From Alphaproteobacteria bacterium (lineage in GTDB: Bacteria > Pseudomonadota > Alphaproteobacteria > MPNO01 > UBA830), in the NCBI GenBank assembly GCA_964291215.2, contig OZ219790.1, forward strand, positions 96,001 to 160,000: DNA of 64,000 nt, read 5' to 3'. Below the pieces are notes generated by a model, which saw only the letters and a program-made list of their open reading frames with translations, was not told the origin of the DNA and did no database searches. The position numbers and the translations under genes are program-made. This document shows, piece by piece, positions 19,473-30,209 of this stretch (position 1 is its first letter; each line of letters starts with the position of its first letter).

Positions 19473-20531
19473 TCAGGTGATCGGATCGACGGGCCAGCCG
19501 TAACTTTCGGAAAATTGTCTCCCGAATGCTGCTTCCACCAGGTATTTGGCAACGCGTGGACTTGCGGTCCTTTCATGCGCGATGCGCCAGCCTCGCTCAC
19601 CAAGCTGCCGGCGAGCATGGTCGTTGCGCCACAGATAGATCATTAACTCGACCAGATGTTCACGGCTTTCAAATTCCATCACGCCGTCATCATAGATCCC
19701 GGCCAACCCCGCACTCGTTGCGGTCAGCACGGAGACGCCTTGGCCCAACGACTGGGCAATCCTGTCGGAGGAATATAGAAGCGGAACGGGTTTGGTGTCG
19801 TCATGCGCGAGATTCGGCATACATGCCGCCTGCGCTAGGGCATCAAGGAATTCGATCGAACGGAGACGGCGCGGGCCGTGTGCGTTTGAGCGGAATCGGT
19901 AGCCGCCAGGCAACAAAGTAAGAAGCGCCACAATCTGGTCGTCGCGCGTCTTATTGGGGGTGCCGAGAAACTGGCCGTCATACGGAAGCACGTCTCGAGC
20001 CTTCTCGAATACACGTGCGACCTCGATGCTGGAGTCGACAGGGTTCGGGAAAAAATGGACAGGGCCACATCGGCGCTCGGGCAGAGAGAGACTACCAAGA
20101 CCGGCAGTCGTAATGAAGGAAATGTCGACCTCGCGCATCCGTGCGCAAAAGCGCTTCATCGAATGCGCGTTAAAGACAGCATCCACGTTGAACTGCGCGA
20201 GCACGGCCTCCGGAACTCCTTTACGAATGGCGCGCATTGTCGTCGCGTCCACCCGGTCAACATGGCCGAACAGTACGAGATCGGGTCGATAATGACTGGC
20301 TGTCTGGATCAGGCGCCGGCGCATTTTCGCGATGCCGCCGAATCTGGAGCTCAGCACCAGTGGTGAGGCCTCCCGGGAAACGTCGCGGTCCGAAAACGCA
20401 ATGACGTGATGCCCGGCTCGCAGGAGGCCCGTGTGGAGCTTGCTGTCTACATTGTAAAACGTGGCATGGAGTCGGCGACGATCGAGATTGGCGACCAGGA
20501 GAATGCGCAGCGGCTTGAGGCGGGAAGACAT
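19473..20531 (-). CDS. Glycosyltransferase (CgeB / Glyco_trans_1_2-like)
   Basis: GLLRAGHHVIAFSDRD, RPDLVLFGH, FFPNPVD, YSSDRIAQ..G.G; GT-B-like C-terminus. Confidence 0.75.
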   Translation of the reverse strand: MSSRLKPLRILLVANLDRRRLHATFYNVDSKLHTGLLRAGHHVIAFSDRDVSREASPLVLSSRFGGIAKMRRRLIQTASHYRPDLVLFGHVDRVDATTMRAIRKGVPEAVLAQFNVDAVFNAHSMKRFCARMREVDISFITTAGLGSLSLPERRCGPVHFFPNPVDSSIEVARVFEKARDVLPYDGQFLGTPNKTRDDQIVALLTLLPGGYRFRSNAHGPRRLRSIEFLDALAQAACMPNLAHDDTKPVPLLYSSDRIAQSLGQGVSVLTATSAGLAGIYDDGVMEFESREHLVELMIYLWRNDHARRQLGERGWRIAHERTASPRVAKYLVEAAFGRQFSESYGWPVDPIT

Positions 20532-20759
20532 TGGTTGATCGGACCTGTCCGCTGGGAGAGAGGAATCTGGCGAGGTCCTGCCTTAGGCAGACGAAACAGT
20601 ATCGGTAGCACGAGTGTTCGTTTTGGCAAATCCCATATCGCGTGCGGCCTGTGATGTTGGGCCTGGACGCCGAACTGCAACGCAAGAACAAGGATCACCC
20701 CGAAGCAGCAATGTAGCACGAGGATGGGGAGCAAGCGATGCTCTTCGGCCGGACGCTAT

Positions 20760-21110
20760 TGGCGCTCGGGGCCGGGCTGCGACAGCTTCCCGGCGGTCGA
20801 GCCGCCGCCGTGTTTCGGCGAGGCTCTGGCGATGGTTCATGTTTCCCACCGCCCAGTGGCCGCGGCCGCAGCAGTTCCTCTGGCGAGGCGTGTTGCGCAT
20901 CAAGCGAGGTGATGATGTACTCGGTGTGGTCGTTGCCGCTCGCTGCGCCGCTGGCGCTCTTTCCCAACGGCTCGCGGTAGCGCTTGATGCGGGCGATCTG
21001 CCGGGGTAGTTGATCAAGCCCTTGAGCGGCGTCAGGCCCCGTCGCTGCTCGAGGCGTCCGTGGGCCTTGGTCGAGCTTCTCCTTGAAGATCAAGGTTGAT
21101 GACATAGGCC
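20760..21110 (-). mobile_element. ISAs1-family transposase remnant
   Basis: EYIITSL....ASPEELL / RGHWAVGNMNH in shifted frames, resembling the ISAs1 RxHWxIEN motif. Boundaries approximate. Confidence 0.55.
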
Positions 21111-21125
21111 GGAAGCATGGCGTTA

Positions 21126-21869
21126 TCAATAGTCGGCGACCCACGGTGCCGGGCGCGTGCGGCGATGCAGTTGCCCGGCGCGGAACCCCGATAGCGCCTC
21201 ATCGGGATCGGGCCGGCCGTGAAACACCAGAATACGGGTATCTGGCGGAAGGGACGGCTGCCGCACCAGGTTGAACGGAAAGCAGGGCACCGCATGCCGC
21301 TTGAAGCTTCGCGCCCATTCATCCGGCCACCAGTACTTTTCGCCGAGGGCGTACGTCAGATAGGTCTGCTCCGGCGCAAAATTCGCCAACGCCCAGTCGC
21401 GCTCGGAGTAGAACTTGTCGATCGCAAACTGCATCGTGTTCGCGCGCCAGCGAACGATGGACGAGTTCCCGACGTTCGGACGCTTCTTGAAGATTTGCTG
21501 GCCCTGCTTCCAGTTGTGGATGATGCAGCGCTTCCCCGGCATGAAGTCGAAGAAACAGTCAATGCCTCCGATGATCAGGATGTCGAGGTCGAGGAACAGG
21601 CAATCACCCTCTATCCCCGGTTGATCGTCAGCGAAAAATCCCAGCTTTAGCCAAGCGGTCCTTTGGTGGCTTTCGGGCAGTTCGATCTCCGGCAGGGGCC
21701 GCGTTTCGATTCCGGAATCCAGCCCGGACTCATTGTCGGTGAAGCAGAAGAACTTGAACTCGCGATGGAGATTCGCGCTGACGCCGCGAAAGAGCCGGTT
21801 GACAAATTCGGGGCCGTAACGATCACCCCACTTCAAAGTGAGGACGCTGATTGGACAATTGCCGGTCAT
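21126..21869 (-). CDS. Glycosyltransferase (GT-A, DxD)
   Basis: LKWGDRYGPEFVNRL, FFCFTDN, FLDLDIL, GNSSI, EQTYL, VFHGRPDP. Confidence 0.8.
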   Translation of the reverse strand: MTGNCPISVLTLKWGDRYGPEFVNRLFRGVSANLHREFKFFCFTDNESGLDSGIETRPLPEIELPESHQRTAWLKLGFFADDQPGIEGDCLFLDLDILIIGGIDCFFDFMPGKRCIIHNWKQGQQIFKKRPNVGNSSIVRWRANTMQFAIDKFYSERDWALANFAPEQTYLTYALGEKYWWPDEWARSFKRHAVPCFPFNLVRQPSLPPDTRILVFHGRPDPDEALSGFRAGQLHRRTRPAPWVADY

Positions 21870-22758
21870 TGTCGCTTTCGCCGTGCAGTTCAGACTGGAA
21901 GTGGGGTTTGCCAAGCGCAGGGAGCTACCCCGCGCCGGGTCAAGGACTGTTCTATTCAGCGGGCGACCCGACAGAGCGGGACACGCCAGCAGTCGCAGGA
22001 ACGAGGGTAGAATAGGCTCAAGCCATAAGTCAAGAAGTTGACCTGAGGCGCGGCATAGGTTGGTAAGGTAGGTTGGGCCACCAAAAAGAGAGCAAGATAA
22101 CCAAGAACAAGGCCCCGGCGCGAGCCTAACAGGCGGATCTGAGCGTCCGGCCACCGCCCGGGGAGGCCACCACAAAGAGCTATGGGCGCGCGGGCACTCG
22201 TTCGTCAAAGGTGTGCTCGGCATGGCCGCACTCGGCTACAGCCCACTCGTCGCCATCCAGATCGTACTCGCCGAAAACGCCGTCTACATGATCAAGGTGC
22301 ACAACGCCAGACCCATCTCTACAGAGGGGTGAGCTGATACCCCCATTTTTCACGTGTTCTGGTGCAGAAGCTCCGAATCGAAGCAGGCATGAGTTGTCTC
22401 TACGTCAGCAACTCAATAAAGATTTGGAGCTAGTTCCGTGCCTACGCGAAAATGACCGTTTTGGCTGACCTTCCGACGAAATTTCGGGTTTGATCCACTC
22501 CCGGGGCCTCCGTTCCCAGGGGGGATTTCTGCCGATTTGCAGCGGCCCAGGGCCCTTCCACCGAGAATCCAGCGCAACTTGGCCCAATTCCAGCTGCGGA
22601 ACGTTTCGCGTGGCAATTCTCGCGAAGTTTTCCGAAAAGCCAGCGGCTTCCCGGTCTGATCGGTCAATTCCCGCCCCAAAGCGGGGTTCTTCGCCCCCTC
22701 TATATCACGATTTCGCGAATAGAATTGCGCAGTTGTACATTTTTAATCAGGCACTAGT

Positions 22759-24609
22759 TCAGCCAAAAGGTGCTGCAGTTTCCTTGGCTTCGACCTTTTC
22801 CGCCTCGCGTGCTGCGCGCTGTTGTTCGCGCCACATCGCAGCATAGATGCCGTCATCGGCAAGAAGGCGGGAGTGACGGCCGGATTCGACAATGCGTCCA
22901 TCGACGACGACCAGGATTCGGTCCGCATCGATGACCGTCGAAAGGCGATGGGCGATGACCAACGTGGTCTTCTCCTTTGATACAAGGCGCAGGGCCGAGA
23001 GTATCTCCCGTTCGGTATGGGTATCGAGGGACGAGGTGGCCTCGTCGAAGAGCAGAATTTGCGGCTGCTTCAGAATCGTCCGCGCTATCGCAACCCGCTG
23101 CTTCTCGCCGCCAGAAAGCTTCAGCCCGCGTTCACCGACCATGGTCTCGTAGCCGTCCGGCGAGGACATGATGAAACCGTGGATCGCGGCAAGGCGAGCG
23201 GCTTCTTCGATCTCTTCCGGCAAGGCATCGGGACGCCCGTAGGCGATGTTGTACCGGATCGTGTCGTTGAACAGTACCGCGTCCTGGGGAACGACCCCTA
23301 ACGTCCGGCGCAGGCTCTGTTGGGTAACGTCGCGGATGTCCTGTCCGTCGATCAGGATGGCCCCGGAGCCGACATCATAGAACCGGTAAAGGAGGCGTCC
23401 GATCGTCGACTTGCCGGCTCCGCTGGGTCCGACCAGCGCCAGCGTCTGTCCGGGTTCGACCCTGAAACTCACGTCGTGGAGCACCTCGCGCCGCGAATCA
23501 TAGGCGAACGAGACGTTTCTGAACTCCACGGCGCCGTCTCCAGGTACAATTGTCCCGGCCGCTGGACGGTCCCGGACCTCGGCGTTGACATCGAGGAGAT
23601 GGAACATTGCCTCCATGTCGGTCAGGGCCTGCTTGATCTCGCGGTACACGAAGCCAAGGAAGTTCAGGGGCATGTAGAGCTGGATCAGATAGGTGTTGAC
23701 CATGACGAACTCGCCAATCGTCATGGTCCCGTCAGCAACATCACCTGCGGCCATCAGCACCAGGACGGTGATCGCGATGCCGACGATGGCCGCCTGGCCG
23801 ATATTCAGGAGAGACAGGCTCGTCTTGCTGATCACCGCCGCCCGTTCATAGCGTTCGAGCGCACGGTCGTACCGGCTCGCCTCATACTCCTCGTTTCCGA
23901 AATACTTGACCGTCTCGTAATTGAGAAGGCTGTCGATCGCCCGCGTGTTCGCTCTCTGATCGGTCTCATTCATTTCGCGGCGCCATTTCAGGCGCCATTC
24001 GGTGACGATCATCGTGTAGGCGATATAAGCCGCTATCGATGCAAGGGTTATGAGTGCGTACCAGAAATTGAAGAGAGTCCAGAGGATACCGCAAACCAGG
24101 AGGATCTCGAGGAGGGTGGGCAGGATGTTGAAGAGCATGAACCGCAGAATGAAATCGATGGCCTTGGTTCCGCGCTCTATGGCGTGCGAAAGACCGCCCG
24201 TCTGCCGTTCAAGATGGTAGCGCAGGGCCAGCCCGTGGAGATGGCGGAAGGTCTGGAGAGCGGCCTCGCGAATGGCGCGCTGCGCCACCTTGGTGAAGAC
24301 AGCGTCCCGAAGTTCTGCGAAAGCGATCGACAGAATCCGCAGCGCTCCGAAGGCAATAATCAGAGCGACCGGAATGATAATCGCCGATGCCTCTTCGGGG
24401 CTCAGGCGATCGACGATCTGACCATAGACTACGGGGATATAGACCGTTGCCCCCTTCGCGGCGGCAAGGAACAGGAGCGCGACGAGCACCCGGACTTTGG
24501 CCTGCAGGCCACCGTAGGTCCAAAGGTAGGGGGCGAGAGTGCGGAGCGCCTGCCATTCAAAACCGGAATCGATGCGGCGTCCGGATAAGGTCCTGTCGGG
24601 CTCAGCCAT
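22759..24609 (-). CDS. atm1: ATM1/ABCB7-type ABC exporter (fused TMD-NBD)
   Basis: RQTGGL..AIERG, DSLLNYETVKYF, PLNFLGFVYRE, GPSGAGKST, LSGGEKQRVAIAR. Confidence 0.9.
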   Translation of the reverse strand: MAEPDRTLSGRRIDSGFEWQALRTLAPYLWTYGGLQAKVRVLVALLFLAAAKGATVYIPVVYGQIVDRLSPEEASAIIIPVALIIAFGALRILSIAFAELRDAVFTKVAQRAIREAALQTFRHLHGLALRYHLERQTGGLSHAIERGTKAIDFILRFMLFNILPTLLEILLVCGILWTLFNFWYALITLASIAAYIAYTMIVTEWRLKWRREMNETDQRANTRAIDSLLNYETVKYFGNEEYEASRYDRALERYERAAVISKTSLSLLNIGQAAIVGIAITVLVLMAAGDVADGTMTIGEFVMVNTYLIQLYMPLNFLGFVYREIKQALTDMEAMFHLLDVNAEVRDRPAAGTIVPGDGAVEFRNVSFAYDSRREVLHDVSFRVEPGQTLALVGPSGAGKSTIGRLLYRFYDVGSGAILIDGQDIRDVTQQSLRRTLGVVPQDAVLFNDTIRYNIAYGRPDALPEEIEEAARLAAIHGFIMSSPDGYETMVGERGLKLSGGEKQRVAIARTILKQPQILLFDEATSSLDTHTEREILSALRLVSKEKTTLVIAHRLSTVIDADRILVVVDGRIVESGRHSRLLADDGIYAAMWREQQRAAREAEKVEAKETAAPFG

Positions 24610-25249
24610 CGCGGCAGGGCTTGCGAAGCGGTGCGAGCTCAGGCGGCGGTCTTGCCGACCGCGCAAGACGGATTCGCTTCGCCGGTGGAGGATCGGGTCC
24701 CGAGCGACGGCCCCATCCGGTCCTGGACGGAAGAGGCTGCCGGTTCGACGGAACCGGCAGTGCGCTTCGTGACTGGCGTGGAACTGGGCCTGCGGTCCAT
24801 TTCGTCGGTCCTGTCGTTCACGAAGACCGCTTGCGACCCCGTCGGGTGCAGTCAGCATCGTGGAATGAACAGTTGCTCAGGGAGTATAGAGGAAGGCGGG
24901 ACCGACAAGAAGGGTTCCTCTTCGGCTTTCCGATGCCGCTTCCGATCGGCTGGTCCGAATCGGATAGGTAGGAGACCCTTCACCCTGCCAGCAACCTCGC
25001 ACCGATGGATCTGGCACTTTCACAGCCTATCGCAGGCGCAGATTGCTGGCAGGTGCCCCGGAAATGATGTTTTTTCCTTTGATTTTTCAACCAAAACCTG
25101 TATATGGCGGTTGGCTGCGTCCGGCTGTCAACGCAATCCCACAAACAACATGGACACGTCCGACGGAGCCCTGCCGCGCAGCGTGACGACCCATTCGAAC
25201 CTGCGCGGAGTTGCTGGCGAGTCTTGTGTAATTGTGCCAGATTCTCCCC

Positions 25250-26230
25250 ATGTACAGGATATTGATTGTTCCCGTCCTTGCGCTTGTGCTCGCACAGGGC
25301 ACAGTTGCCCGGGCATCGACCGACGGCGAGGCAAAATTCGAAGCCTGGTTGGATGTCGTGCGTACGGAAGCCGCATCACGCGGTCTGAAGGCGTCGACCA
25401 TTAGCGGGGCGTTGTCGGAAATTGAACCGATAGCACGGGTAATCGAACTCGACCGCCGACAGCCGGAGTTCACTCTGACCTTCAAGGAATATGTCAGGCG
25501 CGTCGTCCCCGACAAGCGGGTGCGCAAGGGCCGGGTACTTCTGAAGGAGAATGCCGGGCTCCTGGCCAAGGTTTCTGCCAGGTATCGGGTGCAGCCGCGC
25601 TTCATCGTTGCCCTGTGGGGAATCGAGACCGATTTTGGACGGGTTACCGGCGGTTTTCCGGTCATAGCGGCGCTCGCCACTCTTGCCTATGACGGTCGGA
25701 GATCGGCCTATTTCCGACGCGAACTCTTTGATGCGTTGCGAATCCTCGACGAAGGCCACATTACGCCACAGGAAATGATCGGATCATGGGCAGGCGCGAT
25801 GGGCCAGAACCAGTTCATGCCCTCATCGTTCAGGCGTTTTGCGGTCGACCATGACGGCGACGGCCGGCGCGATATCTGGACGACACGTGCCGACGTGTTC
25901 GCTTCGGCGGCAAACTATCTGTCGCATGCAGGGTGGAAGAACGACAGGACCTGGGGGCGGCAGATCCGCTTGCCGAAGGGGTTCGATGAAAAACTGGTCA
26001 ATGGCAAGACCCGCAAACGCCTTTCGGCCTGGCAAGCTCTCGGCGTCCGCAAGGCGGACGGTGGAAATCTGCCGAAACGCGATCTTCCTGCCGTTCTGGT
26101 CAGGCCCAGCGCTGGAATGAATCCGGTCTTCGCTGTCTACAGCAACTATGAATCTCTCCTGCGCTGGAACAGGTCCAGCTATTTCGCGATAAGCGTCGGC
26201 ATTCTGTCCGATCGCATCGCCGGCCGGTAG
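25250..26230 (+). CDS. mltB: Lytic murein transglycosylase (MltB/SLT_2)
   Basis: Signal peptide; ALWGIETDFG, GSWAGAMGQNQFMPSS, SAANYL, WNRSSYFA. Confidence 0.9.
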   Translation: MYRILIVPVLALVLAQGTVARASTDGEAKFEAWLDVVRTEAASRGLKASTISGALSEIEPIARVIELDRRQPEFTLTFKEYVRRVVPDKRVRKGRVLLKENAGLLAKVSARYRVQPRFIVALWGIETDFGRVTGGFPVIAALATLAYDGRRSAYFRRELFDALRILDEGHITPQEMIGSWAGAMGQNQFMPSSFRRFAVDHDGDGRRDIWTTRADVFASAANYLSHAGWKNDRTWGRQIRLPKGFDEKLVNGKTRKRLSAWQALGVRKADGGNLPKRDLPAVLVRPSAGMNPVFAVYSNYESLLRWNRSSYFAISVGILSDRIAGR

Positions 26231-26238
26231 CGGGCAGA

Positions 26239-27144
26239 GTGTCTCCCGTGCTTCCTGACCACATCGGGCGATGGCCCAAGACGGGAAGAGCACTGGCCTT
26301 CACCGCTTGTGTCGTCCTGTTAGCCACCGGCTGCGCCGACAGGAGGGTGGCGAGAGAGGATCCCCCACCGAACCGGGATCCGTTGCCGCACACGAGTGCA
26401 CAGGCACGCTACAAGGTGGGTAACCCCTACGAGATCGCCGGAGTTCGCTATTTTCCCGCGGAAGACTATACCTATGCGGAAACCGGCATAGCCTCCTGGT
26501 ACGGCCCCAAATTCCATGGCCGGCCCACGGCCAACGGCGAGATATTCGATATGAATACGGTATCCGCTGCACACAAGACGCTGCCGATGCCGAGTGTCGT
26601 TCGCGTCACCAATCTCCGGAACGGCAGGTCGCTGGTGGTTCGGGTCAATGACCGCGGGCCGTTCGTTGCCGACCGGATCATCGATCTCTCGCGGCGTACT
26701 GCCGATCTCCTCGACATACGCCGGCAGGGAACCGCTCCTGTCAGGGTCGAGATCCTTCCCCGGGAAAGCCGGCATCTCAAGGAGCTTGCCCTCAAGAACA
26801 GCCTGCCGCCGGTTCCAGATACCGTGGAGGTCGCCCGGTCGGACACGCTTACCTCCGATTCTGCGATTCCGGCGTGGAAAACCACAGATGGCGGCCGGCC
26901 GGTTCCCGAGAGAAACCCGCAGATATTTGTCCAGGTTGGCGCCTTCACCCAACACGGCTACGCTGTGCGTGCCCTGGCCCGTCTGCAGGGCCATGGCGCG
27001 GCCCGGATCGCGGAGGGCAGGGTAGGGGGGAGACAGTACTTCCGCGTCCGCTTCGGACCGGTCCCGGACTTTGCCAGCGCCGAAACTGCCCTGCAGACCA
27101 TCGTTTCGGCCGGTTTTCCGAAGGCCATCATCGTTGTAGACTGA
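26239..27144 (+). CDS. rlpA: RlpA septal lytic transglycosylase with SPOR domain
   Basis: Lipobox-like LATGC; GIASWYG, AAHKTLP, RVNDRGPF, IIDLS; C-terminal VQVGAF. Confidence 0.92.
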   Translation: MSPVLPDHIGRWPKTGRALAFTACVVLLATGCADRRVAREDPPPNRDPLPHTSAQARYKVGNPYEIAGVRYFPAEDYTYAETGIASWYGPKFHGRPTANGEIFDMNTVSAAHKTLPMPSVVRVTNLRNGRSLVVRVNDRGPFVADRIIDLSRRTADLLDIRRQGTAPVRVEILPRESRHLKELALKNSLPPVPDTVEVARSDTLTSDSAIPAWKTTDGGRPVPERNPQIFVQVGAFTQHGYAVRALARLQGHGAARIAEGRVGGRQYFRVRFGPVPDFASAETALQTIVSAGFPKAIIVVD

Positions 27145-27234
27145 ATCCGATCAGCAGGTGCGCGGATGGATCCGGCGCACAGTCCGCCATTGCCTTACAA
27201 TCGCTTGCGGCATGGACGGCAGGAGAGACGACCA

Positions 27235-28374
27235 ATGGGAACTCCGGCTCGGGTTGCCGCGCTTGCAGTCCTGCTTCCCCTTCTCGCCGTCTCTGGCGGC
27301 GCGGCCCAAGGTATCAGCACGCCTGCGAAGCATGCCTTCATGATCGACGTCTCCACGGATACCGTTCTTCTTGACAAGGCGTCGGATGTGCCGATGCCGC
27401 CAGCATCGATGAGCAAGCTCATGACCATCTACATGGTCTTCGATGCGATACGGCGCGGCACTCTCAAAATGGAGGATGAGCTCCTCATCAGCACGAAGGC
27501 GGCGAAGAAGGGCGGCTCCAGAATGTTCATGCGGCCCGGCGAGAGGATCCGCGTTGACGATCTTTTGCGCGGTATCATCGTGCAGTCGGGCAATGACGCC
27601 TGCATCGTGGTGGCAGAAGCTCTGGCAGGGTCGGAAGAGGAGTTTGCCAAGCTGATGACCGAACAGGGCAGGGTGCTCGGCCTGAAGCACAGCACCTTCA
27701 CGAATTCGACCGGCTGGCCGCACCCCAGGCACTTGATGTCGGCGCGCGATCTCGCACGCCTTTCCGTGATCCTGATCGAGAAGTTCCCCGACCTGTATGG
27801 GATCTTCAAGGAGAAGACTTTCACATACAACGACATAAAGCAGGGCAACCGCAATCCGTTGCTCTATATCGATCCGAGCGCAGACGGGCTGAAGACGGGC
27901 TTCACCAAGGCCTCGATGTACGGACTTACCGCATCGGCGATACGGGAGGGACGGCGAATTATCCTCGTTCTGAACGGGCTGGAGAATTCCAGGATCCGTA
28001 AGGAGGAGTCCGCCCGTCTTATGGAATGGGCCTTTCGCTCGCATCGCGTATACACGCTGTTCAAGCCCGGCGAAGAAGTCGTGAGCGCCGGCGTATGGCT
28101 GGGCGCCGAACCTGCGGTGCCGCTCGTGGTTGCCGGCGGTCTTCGGCTGTCGCTCACCCTCCCGCACTTTAGAAGGATGGAAGTAAAGGTGCGGACGATG
28201 GAACCAGTGGCTGCGCCGATCCGGAAGAATGACAGGATCGGAGCCCTGTTCGTCTCGGTCCCCGACCGCAAGATCCAGGAAATACCGCTGCTCGCCGGCA
28301 GGGATGTGGAGCGCATGAGCGTGTTTGGCCGCTTGGGAGCGACCCTGTCCTATCTCCTTTGGGGCGGAGTGTAG
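27235..28374 (+). CDS. dacA: D-alanyl-D-alanine carboxypeptidase (PBP5/6 family)
   Basis: PASMSKLM (SxxK), SGNDA (SxN), LKTGF (KTG). Confidence 0.92.
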   Translation: MGTPARVAALAVLLPLLAVSGGAAQGISTPAKHAFMIDVSTDTVLLDKASDVPMPPASMSKLMTIYMVFDAIRRGTLKMEDELLISTKAAKKGGSRMFMRPGERIRVDDLLRGIIVQSGNDACIVVAEALAGSEEEFAKLMTEQGRVLGLKHSTFTNSTGWPHPRHLMSARDLARLSVILIEKFPDLYGIFKEKTFTYNDIKQGNRNPLLYIDPSADGLKTGFTKASMYGLTASAIREGRRIILVLNGLENSRIRKEESARLMEWAFRSHRVYTLFKPGEEVVSAGVWLGAEPAVPLVVAGGLRLSLTLPHFRRMEVKVRTMEPVAAPIRKNDRIGALFVSVPDRKIQEIPLLAGRDVERMSVFGRLGATLSYLLWGGV

Positions 28375-28393
28375 GGGCGAGCCGCCCTAGTTG

Positions 28394-29032
28394 ATGACCA
28401 CGGCAAGGTTCATAACGCTCGAGGGCGGCGAAGGCGTCGGCAAGACGACACAGGTGGAATTGCTGGCAGGGACCCTGCGCGAACGCGGGCTTGGCGTAAC
28501 GACAACGAGGGAGCCCGGAGGTTCGCCCGGTGCCGAGGAAATCCGCAAAATGCTGCTAGACCCTTCGGCGAACTGGACACCGGCAAGCGAGGCGCTGCTC
28601 CATTTTGCTGCCCGGGCAAACCACTATACGATGTTGATCGCGCCGGCCCTGAAGCGAGGTGAATGGGTTATAAGCGACCGGTTCGCGGATTCGACCCTCG
28701 CCTATCAGGGTTACGGCATGGGGCTGGAGTTGTCGGCCATAGAGATGCTCTATGAGCTGGCGCTCGGGGATTTCGAACCGGATCTCACGCTGGTTCTCGA
28801 CATTCCCGCCGAACTGGCGGTGGAACGGCGCCAGAAGAGGGCATTGGCCCCGGATCGTTACGAACGGATGGACATGGCCTTTCACCGTCGTCTTCACGAC
28901 GGATTCCTGGAGATAGCGGCGCACCGGCCAGACCGCTGCGCGGTGATTCCTGCGGATGGTTCCCCGGATTGCGTTGCCGCACGGATACGGACCGTTGTGA
29001 TGGAGAGGCTGTGGGAAGAGAGTGCACAATGA
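28394..29032 (+). CDS. tmk: Thymidylate kinase
   Basis: FITLEGGEGVGKTTQ, TREPGG, SDRFADST.AYQG. Confidence 0.95.
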   Translation: MTTARFITLEGGEGVGKTTQVELLAGTLRERGLGVTTTREPGGSPGAEEIRKMLLDPSANWTPASEALLHFAARANHYTMLIAPALKRGEWVISDRFADSTLAYQGYGMGLELSAIEMLYELALGDFEPDLTLVLDIPAELAVERRQKRALAPDRYERMDMAFHRRLHDGFLEIAAHRPDRCAVIPADGSPDCVAARIRTVVMERLWEESAQ

Positions 29033-30162
29033 GCGCGAGTCCCGAGCCCTGGCAGAATTCCGGCCTGCTCGGCCATGCGGAGGCCGAGAGACACCTGCTT
29101 GACGCTTGGGCAGGCGGAAAACTCGCGCATGGCTGGCTCCTCACAGGGCCAAGAGGCATCGGCAAGATGACGCTTGCCTGCCGGTTCGCCCGTTTTCTCC
29201 TCGCCAATCCGGAGCGGGCGGGCGATGACGGTCTTTTTGCAGCAGAGCCATCGCCACCGCCCGATTCACTGGAAATCTCCGAGGAACACCCCGTCTTCCG
29301 GAGGATTGCCTCTGGTGGCCATGTCGACCTCCATATCGTCGAACGCGGCTTCGTGGACGGTGATACAGACACCGAGCGCGCAAACCGGAAACGCCACACT
29401 GTGATTTCCGTCGACGATGTCCGGGCGGCATGCCGGTCGATGGCGCTCACGGCATCGGAAGGCGGATGGCGCATCGTCATCGTCGACGGTGCCGACGAGA
29501 TGAACGCGAATGCTGCCAATGCCTTGCTCAAGCTCCTTGAGGAACCGCCGGCCCGGTCCGTGCTGATTCTTGTTGCTCATTCAGGGGGCAGACTACCTCC
29601 GACCATTGCGTCGCGGTGCTGCCGCCTGCGTCTCATGCCCTTGGACCCCGAAACGCTTTCGAAACTGATGGGCATCTACAGGCCGCAACTCGACGGCGAT
29701 GCGCGTCGCCGCCTGATCAGTCTTGCGGACGGAAGCATCAGACGTGCGCTTGCGCTGGCGGACGGTGAGGGGCTCGCCGTCCACGACGATCTGATGGCGC
29801 TCTTGGCCGGCCTTCCCGACCTCGACACCTCGGCGGCACATGAATTTACCAGGCGTTTTGGACGCCGGGAGGCAGATGTTGCATGGCAAACGGCCACCGA
29901 CCTCATTGCCCGCTGCCTGAACCGCATGATCAGCGCCGGAGCACGGCAGACCGGAGTGGCTGCAATGGGTTTCGATCCGAAGGATGCCGAATGCCTCACA
30001 CGCCTTCTCAGCATGGCGAGCCTTGATTGCTGGTTGAGTGTGTGGGAAAAGAGTTGCGGCCTGTTCGCCCAGGCACATTCTGTCCATCTGGACAGAAGGC
30101 AGGTCATGCTGGAGATCCTCGGCATTCTTCAAACTGCAGCGCGGTCGGGTACAAGACCCTGA
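29029..30162 (+). CDS. holB: DNA polymerase III subunit delta'
   Basis: HGWLLTGPRGIGK, AANALLKLLEEP, PTIASRC; position between tmk and metG. Confidence 0.93.
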   Translation: MSASPEPWQNSGLLGHAEAERHLLDAWAGGKLAHGWLLTGPRGIGKMTLACRFARFLLANPERAGDDGLFAAEPSPPPDSLEISEEHPVFRRIASGGHVDLHIVERGFVDGDTDTERANRKRHTVISVDDVRAACRSMALTASEGGWRIVIVDGADEMNANAANALLKLLEEPPARSVLILVAHSGGRLPPTIASRCCRLRLMPLDPETLSKLMGIYRPQLDGDARRRLISLADGSIRRALALADGEGLAVHDDLMALLAGLPDLDTSAAHEFTRRFGRREADVAWQTATDLIARCLNRMISAGARQTGVAAMGFDPKDAECLTRLLSMASLDCWLSVWEKSCGLFAQAHSVHLDRRQVMLEILGILQTAARSGTRP

Positions 30163-30209
30163 ACCGGCGTCCCGACGCTGGCGGAAGACCGTTCGGGAAG
30201 GGGACGAAC

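Noticed and set aside
21900-22750. Non-coding stretch between the glycosyltransferase and atm1
   Set aside because: Only weak resemblance to IS debris; no credible ORF, tRNA or repeat.
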